Shown piece by piece: positions 57,121-64,000 of a DNA stretch of 64,000 bases. How positions within the stretch are numbered: the stretch's first letter is position 1; each line of letters starts with the position of its first letter. The notes under the pieces are model-generated. The model searched no databases and had not been told where the DNA came from. It saw nothing but the letters and a program-made list of their open reading frames with translations. The stretch lies in NCBI GenBank assembly GCA_963755915.1, contig CAVWLP010000002.1, positions 1,984,001-2,048,000 of the forward strand. Direction: 5' to 3'. The position numbers and the translations under genes were made by a program. The DNA comes from an uncultured Phycisphaerales bacterium. GTDB lineage: Bacteria > Planctomycetota > Phycisphaerae > Tepidisphaerales > Tepidisphaeraceae.

Positions 57121-58473
57121 TTATACGCGGTGCTTCAGCCGCAGAGAATTCTCCACCGGCGGACGCCCGATCGGGTAATACTGAAACCCCGTCTCGCGCA
57201 TCACATCCCGATGCAGGCAGTTGCGCCCGTCGAAAATGATCGGGCTGTTCATCGTCGCCGCGATCTTCCGGAACGGCAGCGTGGTGTACTGCGGCCAGTC
57301 GGTCAGCAGCGCCACCGCATCCGTCCCGCTGGCGCAGGCCACCGGATCCGGGCTCCACTCCACTTCATCCTTGAAGATCTGCTTCATGTTCTCCATCCCC
57401 TTGGGGTCCGTGGCTTTCACGTGTGCCCCCTTGTCCAGCAGATATCGGATCACGTCCAGCGCCGCGGATTCGCGGATATCGTCGGTATCGGCCTTGAACG
57501 CCAATCCCCACACCGCGATCGTCGATCCCGCTATCGGCCTCCCCAGCTTGGCCTCGATCTTGTCGACGAAGCGCTTCTTCTGATTCTTGTTGACCGTCTG
57601 GACTGCATTAACGAACAGGCTTTCATGCCCGGCGGTTCGGGAAATGTGCTCCATCGCCGCCACGTCCTTGGGGAAGCATGACCCGCCGTAGCCGCACCCC
57701 GCCCGCAGGAACGCGGGGCCGATGCGGGCGTCGGACCCGATCCCCTTGCGGATGTCTTCGATGTCCGCGCCGTAGTGTTCGCAGAGGATGGTCATCTCGT
57801 TCATGAACGAGATGCGCGCCGCCAGCATGCTGTTGGCCGCATATTTGGTCAGCTCTGCAGACTCCCAGTTCATCGTGAAGAAGTTTTCCTCGGGCTTCAC
57901 GAGCGGATCGTAAAGCCGCCGCATCTGGCGAAACGCCTCTGGCGAATCCCCGCCGATGACGATCCGGTCGGGCTTCAGGCAGTCCTGCACGGCTGTCCCT
58001 TCCTTCAGGAACTCAGGATTGGAGACCACCTGCACGTACGCCTTGGTCTGCTGCTTGAGGAAATTGTAGAGCTTGCGGTTGGTTCCCGCGGGGACGGTGG
58101 ATTTCACCACAATCGTCACCATGTATTCGTTCTTGGTTTCCGCCAGGGCGTCGCAGACTTCCTTGCCGGCCTGTTCCAGGTAGCTCATATCGACGGTCCC
58201 GTCCGGCTTGGACGGCGTGCCGACCGCAAGGAACACCACCTCCGCGTCCTTCACAGCCGCCTTCACGCTGTCCGTGAATTGGAGCTGCCCCGATGCGAAG
58301 TTCTCCTGCATCAGTTCCTGAAGGCCCGGCTCGAAGATCGGACAATGTCCATCCAGAAGCGTCTTCAGCTTCTTCTTGTCCTTTTCGACCCCGCGAACAT
58401 TATGACCGATGCTGGCCAGGCATGTGCCGGTGACCAGACCAACATATCCGCACCCGATAACTGTTACGTCCAT
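57121..58473 (-). CDS. ugd: UDP-glucose 6-dehydrogenase
   Basis: IGCGYVG, AVGTP, KSTVP, SNPEFLKEG, GYGGSCFPKD and AFKADTDDIRES motifs. Confidence 0.95.
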   Translation of the reverse strand: MDVTVIGCGYVGLVTGTCLASIGHNVRGVEKDKKKLKTLLDGHCPIFEPGLQELMQENFASGQLQFTDSVKAAVKDAEVVFLAVGTPSKPDGTVDMSYLEQAGKEVCDALAETKNEYMVTIVVKSTVPAGTNRKLYNFLKQQTKAYVQVVSNPEFLKEGTAVQDCLKPDRIVIGGDSPEAFRQMRRLYDPLVKPEENFFTMNWESAELTKYAANSMLAARISFMNEMTILCEHYGADIEDIRKGIGSDARIGPAFLRAGCGYGGSCFPKDVAAMEHISRTAGHESLFVNAVQTVNKNQKKRFVDKIEAKLGRPIAGSTIAVWGLAFKADTDDIRESAALDVIRYLLDKGAHVKATDPKGMENMKQIFKDEVEWSPDPVACASGTDAVALLTDWPQYTTLPFRKIAATMNSPIIFDGRNCLHRDVMRETGFQYYPIGRPPVENSLRLKHRV

Positions 58474-58659
58474 GGGAAACTACCTCATCTTATGAAGCGC
58501 TGGGGGCTGTGAAGCCTTGCTCAATTATAGACCGCTACACATTACACCACTTTGGCGTCGTGACGTTACAAGAAATCGGACAGATGGCAAAGCATCTTAT
58601 TTCCATTTCTATCGAATTTTGGCGCGACCATTTGTCGCAACGGCTTTTGGGACGGGGCG

Positions 58660-60012
58660 TTATGGGACGGGTTGATTTTCGTCGGCAGGATTTGGCTGAG
58701 CCTCTGGCTGGGGCGAGGCTTGCGCGACGGGCGGCTGAATCTCCAGCACATCGCGCGATTGCAGGCTGCTCGGGGCGGCAGGCGCCATCGCATCGGTGGA
58801 GCTCAATGATTTGGGCGTCACCACCCGTGGTTTCTCGTCAACCAGTCCCATTTTGTAGGCGGCAACGATCATCGAACCGAAGATCACCAGGTAAAACGCC
58901 ACCGCATAGCGAACCCGCATATAGGCGATCATGATCCCCAGCAGGCAGAATCCGAACGCCAGCGCGTAGCTGATCAGCACCGTTTGCCGGATTGTGAAAC
59001 CCCGCTCCACAAGCTGGTGGTGAAAATGGTGCCGATCGGCGCTGAAAAGCGGACGCTTGTTCACCCATCTGCGCACAAACGCCAGCGCCGTATCCATGAT
59101 CGGCAGGGCAAACATCACCAACGCCGAGAGCAGCCACTTGGAGTTCTCCCCTGCCAGAACAATGATCAGTGTGGCGCAGGAGTAACCCAGGAACATACTG
59201 CCGGTGTCGCCCATGAAAATGGAAGCGGGGTTGAAGTTGTAGGGGACAAAACCCAGGATCGCTCCCAGCAGGGACAGGGCCAGGACGATGCGGACCGGGT
59301 CCCAGTTGGAATCCAGTTCATCCACGGCAAGCCGCACCGCCAGAAACAAAAATCCGCTGGCGATCACCGCCGTCACGCCGCCGGCGAGCCCGTCGAGGCC
59401 GTCCAGTAGATTCGTGGCATTGCAGCACCCAACGACCAGGATCACCACGAACCCCGAGCTTGAAACGGCCGTCACCCAGTGCGGAATGGCGAAGCTCGCG
59501 CCCAGGGCATTTTGCATGCGAATGCTCAGCGGATCGATGAGCGGCCCCAGGCACGCCGTTCCCACCCCGCCCTGAAGCAAAATAATCGCCGCGAAGAGCT
59601 GGCCCACGATCTTGTCTCGAGGTTTGATGTGTTTCACGTCGTCGAGCAGCCCCAGGGCAACGATCAGCATCGCCCCGATCACGATGTTGAGCTTTACCTG
59701 CAGATTGGGCGATCCGATTTCGTCCGCCGGGAGGTGCAACTGGCTCATCGCCAGGCCGGCCAGCCAGCCGATGAAAACCGCCACGCCCCCGAGATATGCC
59801 ACCGGCGCCGAATGCAGTTTTCGCACCCGGTCCGGCTGATCGATGATGCCGTAGTAAATCGCGACCTGCCGCATGATCGGTGTGAAAATAAAACTGACAA
59901 TGAACGCGGCGTAAAAAACGTAGATGTGCGGCGAGAGGACCGTGTCCCAGCCTAGCGCCGGCGCCGTTGTCGCGGAGGGAATCGTCGTTGTAAGCTGCGC
60001 GAGGCTAAACAT
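58660..60012 (-). CDS. WecA/TagO-like undecaprenyl-phosphate GlcNAc-1-phosphate transferase (MraY family)
   Basis: LGLLDD, NATNLLDGLDGL, FNPASIFMGDTGS and ADRHHFHH motifs. Confidence 0.92.
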   Translation of the reverse strand: MFSLAQLTTTIPSATTAPALGWDTVLSPHIYVFYAAFIVSFIFTPIMRQVAIYYGIIDQPDRVRKLHSAPVAYLGGVAVFIGWLAGLAMSQLHLPADEIGSPNLQVKLNIVIGAMLIVALGLLDDVKHIKPRDKIVGQLFAAIILLQGGVGTACLGPLIDPLSIRMQNALGASFAIPHWVTAVSSSGFVVILVVGCCNATNLLDGLDGLAGGVTAVIASGFLFLAVRLAVDELDSNWDPVRIVLALSLLGAILGFVPYNFNPASIFMGDTGSMFLGYSCATLIIVLAGENSKWLLSALVMFALPIMDTALAFVRRWVNKRPLFSADRHHFHHQLVERGFTIRQTVLISYALAFGFCLLGIMIAYMRVRYAVAFYLVIFGSMIVAAYKMGLVDEKPRVVTPKSLSSTDAMAPAAPSSLQSRDVLEIQPPVAQASPQPEAQPNPADENQPVP

Positions 60013-60156
60013 TTGGTCGTTGCCGATCCTCCGATTTGCCCGCGTACATTATCGTCGGCAGGGGGGAGGAGGCAACACGGACGGACCAGGAGCAATATTT
60101 CGTCCCGTCCCAATAATCAATCGCGAAAATCACCGGGTCGGCAGGACGCCAAAATA

Positions 60157-60186
60157 ATGCCGGCCGCGGTTATCCGCGGCCGGCAT
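60157..60186 (-). terminator. 13-bp perfect hairpin; possible terminator/attenuator upstream of the wecA-like gene
   Basis: atgccggccgcgg-ttat-ccgcggccggcat, followed by tatttt on the minus strand. Confidence 0.55.
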
Positions 60187-60489
60187 CGCCAGAAAGTGGG
60201 AAGGGGAGCGTCGCGTCAGGCCCGGCAAACCGCCTGTTGGTGGGCGTTGTTTGCCGTTGCGTGTTGCCTGACAACCATCATGTACGATTCAATATTCCAG
60301 CGAGCAAATCCACGCCTCGTTTTTTTCGGTTCCAAATCCAATGGCCGATAATTGACGTGCACGGGGCGACGCAGTCCGCATAACACTTTCCAAATGAGAC
60401 ACCACGACTCAAAGCCATCCCCTCTCCCCGTGTAGCCGCCCCCGCTTGCGGGGCGCGTCTTTCGATCTCCACAAACCGTCTTCCCCACT

Positions 60490-61626
60490 TTACGTCTTCA
60501 CCCGCGACATCAGATAAACCGAAAGCGGCCCGAAAATGAAAATCGGCACCCACGCCATCAGCGCCGGCCAAAGGTTCAATAACTCAGGCGATGGCGGACT
60601 CGCCGCCATCTGATAAGTCACGAACACGCTCCCCAAACACGCCCCCGACAGAAGCAGGCATTTGAACGTCGCCGCCTTCAGCCGGCCCGGTTCGCGCGTC
60701 AGCACCGTCGAGATCGCCAGCAGCAGCAGAAAAACATTCAGCAGCCACTGTGCCACGCGCAAATGCTTGGCCCGAAGCAGGTCCAGCGTTCCATATCGAT
60801 TGAGGCTCAGGAGCTGATTGATCTTCGCCAGCGGCAAAAGCTGAATGTAATCCTTCCCCAGGTTCAGCGTGATTTCATCGGGCGTCATCGGGCTCGCATA
60901 CCACGCGATCGGCGTCGCCTGGGCCAGCGTCACCTGCTCCTGCGGCGGTGCGATCGGCACCGAAAAACCGTTCCTCAAATCCCAGCGTCTTTCCCGCCCG
61001 TCCCAAAACGCTTCATCCGCGTAAACGTGCAACGTCGGACGCAGATTCGCATCCCGCTCGATCACATCAAAATATTCAATGTGCGCGGGATTGCCCGGCG
61101 TGGGCGGCGCATACCGGGCCGCGTTAAATAGCCCCCCGTGCGGGTCCTCTGTCAGGTCCACCGGAAACATCTTCAGCGTCGAGCGGTGTACGTCGCCGTG
61201 GTCGCGCATCAGCTTGGGGATCATGTCGGGAATCACGACTTCCTGATCGAGCGGCAGGAGAATCACATTCAGCACCACCCCCGCGAGAATCACCGGCATC
61301 GCCACGCGGACCAGCGGCGTCCCCGCCGCCAGCAGCGCCGTCATCTCGTTAAATCGGCTCAGACGCATAATCGTGAACGCCGCCGCCACCACCGCGATCA
61401 TTCCCGAAAGCTGCACAAAGAAAAAAAACGCCTTGTAAAAATAAAAGTCCATGATGTCGCGCATGATCTTCCACTCCGACATCGGCTGCATCGTCGGCAA
61501 CTGCTGCGTCAGGTTCCCGAAGTTGAAGACCATATCCAGCGCGACGTACATCCCCACCAGCACCATCAGGCTGATCAGATAGTTCTTGACGAAAATGCCC
61601 AGCACATAGCGGTCGATGATCTTCAT
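60490..61626 (-). CDS. LptF/LptG-family LPS export permease (LptG-like)
   Basis: MKIIDRYVL, RFNEMTALLAAG, 3+3 TM layout, AWVPIFIF. Confidence 0.88.
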   Translation of the reverse strand: MKIIDRYVLGIFVKNYLISLMVLVGMYVALDMVFNFGNLTQQLPTMQPMSEWKIMRDIMDFYFYKAFFFFVQLSGMIAVVAAAFTIMRLSRFNEMTALLAAGTPLVRVAMPVILAGVVLNVILLPLDQEVVIPDMIPKLMRDHGDVHRSTLKMFPVDLTEDPHGGLFNAARYAPPTPGNPAHIEYFDVIERDANLRPTLHVYADEAFWDGRERRWDLRNGFSVPIAPPQEQVTLAQATPIAWYASPMTPDEITLNLGKDYIQLLPLAKINQLLSLNRYGTLDLLRAKHLRVAQWLLNVFLLLLAISTVLTREPGRLKAATFKCLLLSGACLGSVFVTYQMAASPPSPELLNLWPALMAWVPIFIFGPLSVYLMSRVKT

Positions 61627-63145
61627 TTGACTTGCGCGACTTCGATCAGGCTCCGGCGAATCAGCCGGGAATCCTTGTATTGAATGCAGTCCGTGAAATC
61701 GGAGTAGATATATCCCTCGCCGAAAACGTGCCACGTCGGCGGGGGATCAAAATTCTTGGGAAGACGGTGAACCAGAACCAGCCGATCGGGAGTCCTCGTC
61801 CACGGTGGCGAGATGAAATCAAACTCCGTCATCCGCGACGAATCCGGCAGAATGCGCACATCCGCATCCCCCGGCAGATAAAACGAAAGCTCCGAGGCGT
61901 ATTCATAATCCGTCGTCACGACCATGCAATTCCGCCGCAAGGGTTCCACCTGCTGCTGGGCCAGCTCGCGCCAGCCGTAGAGATTGTCCCACTGCGGGCT
62001 GCCGGCGCTTGGAGAGACTCTCCAGACAATCTGGGCGCGTGCATGACAACGGTAAAGATCGCCGCCGTGGTGACCGCAGCCCCTGCCCACACAAATCGCC
62101 CCGGCCCCGGTTTCTCCCCGAGATATCTTGCGAAAAGCATGACCGCCGGAAAGTAGGCGAACATCGGCCAGTTTCCTTCCGGCCGATGCCGGATCGCCGT
62201 CACCGCGAAGAAAACCAGCGGCGTAATGGCCGCGAAGAGCAGCACGCGGACCCCCATCGGATTATCTTTTCGCCGCCAGTAAATCATGATCGCCGCGATG
62301 CACAGCACGAAGAGCACGGGCGTGCAAACCAGAAGCTGACTTCCCGCGTATTCGAGCAGATTTTTCCAAACCGGCGACGCCAGCGCCACCGTGCCGTGGT
62401 GAAGCTGAAACCGAAACGAAACCCAATCGCGCTGCCTGTTCCAGATGAGCACCGGCGAAAAGACCGCCACCGCCGCCGCGGCCGCGAGCCAAGGCCCCGG
62501 CGACAAAAACATCCGCCGGCCTTGGGCAGACGAAATCATCGCCAGCGCCACCGCCAGCCCCAGAAGCACGCTCGTATATTTCGAATCCAGCGCCAACCCC
62601 ATGAACGCGCCAAACAGCAGCCAGTGCCACATTCGCCCGCGCGGCTCCAGCGCCTTCATCGCCGCCACCATCGCCGCCGCCTGAAAAAAGCAGGCCGGAG
62701 CATCCGGCGTCATGATCGACCCCGTCACCGCCACCATCGGGCTAAGCAGCAGCGCCACCGGCACAAAAGCCAGTGCCCGCGCATCCGCGACAACCTGCCT
62801 GGAAGCCAGCGTCACAATCAACACCGTCCCCGCGGTAACGATCCCCGCCGGCCAGCGCACCCCCAGCTCCGTATTTCCCATCAGCGCGGTTCCGAGCCGA
62901 ATCAGATACGCCACCATCGGCGGATGATCGAGATAGCTCAACGCCAAATGCTGCGACCAGACCCAGTAATATGCCTCATCCGGCACGAGGTTCCAAAGCG
63001 AATCAAACGCCCACCGGCTCAGCAGCCAGACGAGGAAAAGCGCCGCCATCCCGCGCGGCGAAAACGCGATCCACGAACGCTGCTGTGGCGCCGTATTCAG
63101 CTCGATCGAGCTTGAGGGCGAACTTGCCGGCGTCGAAGCGCTCAT
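61623..63145 (-). CDS. GT39/ArnT-like membrane glycosyltransferase (frameshift near 62020)
   Basis: DEAYYWVWS...LSYLDHPPMVA, TPDAP, SKYT and PVLIWN...W.SF.FQ motifs. Confidence 0.88.
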
Positions 63146-64000
63146 CGTCTCTGCAGCCTGTAGGTGAGATAAATCGCCGCCAGCAGCACCGCGGCATTGC
63201 CACCCCAGATGAAAATCAGCGAGGTCGCAAGCGGATCCTTGAAATCCGCCCCGGTCGTATACGGAACGTGCGTCGCCGTCTGCTGTCCGCTCACGATCAG
63301 CGTCATGCACAGCAGCGCCGGCACAAAACTCGCCGCAAACGCGTCCAGAAAATTCCCGCTGCGAAATCGTACGCCTAGCGCACACCCCACCATCACCAGG
63401 CTCAAACAGCTCAGCGCATAGCTGGCCCGCCCGTGCAATTCGCTCCGGGCGGCGTTATTCGTGCGAATCTGCTCATAGTGCAGGCAAAACGCCCCGCTGA
63501 ACGGAACCCGCCACGTCCGGATGTCTTTGTTCAGCTCAGTTGCCGAATCCGCCGGGTCATTCACGAAATCCTTGAGCTGCTTCTCTCCGATCTCCAGAAC
63601 CTCCCGCGACATCGGCACCGAAAACGTTCGCGGAAAACTCCCGCGCGGCGTATCCAATCCATCCTGCGTCCGCAATTCCACGTTGAACAACTCCACGCTC
63701 ACGTTCATCCGCCGTGCCGGCGGACCCGTGATCGCCCGAATGTCGTCGTTCGGCTGCACCCGAATGTCGATCTCCCGCGCGTCCGCGAAAAGCGTCTGCT
63801 GCGACCCGTGCGTCTCCCGCATCCAAACTTTCCGCGCGTTATCCCCACTGCTGGATGTAATGTGCAGATCCGCCCCCGTCCAGTTGCACACCGCATCCTG
63901 TGCCCCGATCTCATATTCATCGCTGTCCGGAGAATCGCTGGCAAACTGGTAGCTGGAGGTTCCATCAGCCGTCCAGTGGTCCAGCCCCGCCGCCACCTCG
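63142..64000 (-). CDS. LptF/LptG-family permease, C-terminal part (LptF-like; start lies outside the window)
   Basis: ELHGRASYALSCLSLVMVGCALG followed by TM helices and IWGGN; ATGA overlap with the GT39 gene. Confidence 0.75.
   Translation of the reverse strand, partial: EVAAGLDHWTADGTSSYQFASDSPDSDEYEIGAQDAVCNWTGADLHITSSSGDNARKVWMRETHGSQQTLFADAREIDIRVQPNDDIRAITGPPARRMNVSVELFNVELRTQDGLDTPRGSFPRTFSVPMSREVLEIGEKQLKDFVNDPADSATELNKDIRTWRVPFSGAFCLHYEQIRTNNAARSELHGRASYALSCLSLVMVGCALGVRFRSGNFLDAFAASFVPALLCMTLIVSGQQTATHVPYTTGADFKDPLATSLIFIWGGNAAVLLAAIYLTYRLQRR

Overview
GC-rich bacterial chromosome segment. The gene content points to Planctomycetota, probably Phycisphaerae/Tepidisphaerales: PEP-CTERM proteins, an ECF sigma factor with a C-terminal extension, 'CGYDLRATPDRCPECG' proteins and an archaeal/eukaryotic-type ProRS. 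This assignment is an inference. From left to right the window holds: (1) the start of a Cus/Czc-type RND efflux operon; (2) a nucleotidyltransferase/partner pair; (3) two complete IS4-family elements with terminal inverted repeats and target duplications; (4) an M32 carboxypeptidase, eutBC, and a phasin-like/ABC1-kinase pair; (5) a SEC-C protein and an ECF sigma factor; (6) two PEP-CTERM pectinase-like proteins and an S53 peptidase; (7) tRNA-Ser(UGA), moaA and an lpxL-like acyltransferase; (8) a CDP-sugar/glycosyltransferase cluster and trpC; (9) an accessory patch at about 44.3-51 kb containing higBA; (10) housekeeping genes (proS, glyA, ugd, wecA-like, lptF/G). Many genes, including glyA and trpC, are split by single-base indels, which most likely reflects long-read assembly error. 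The strongest new signal is in the accessory patch. Three copies of a membrane/Zn-ribbon gene family each end in the same ~23-bp DNA motif, which looks like an IS1-family terminal inverted repeat. One copy is directly preceded by the tail of an IS1-like transposase. Together these suggest a transposon-borne variable passenger-gene system. Other highlights are a GTAG-type palindrome inserted in frame inside a glycosyltransferase, a HEPN gene paired with a BolA-like gene between glyA and proS, and a possible divergent ribosomal protein uL30.
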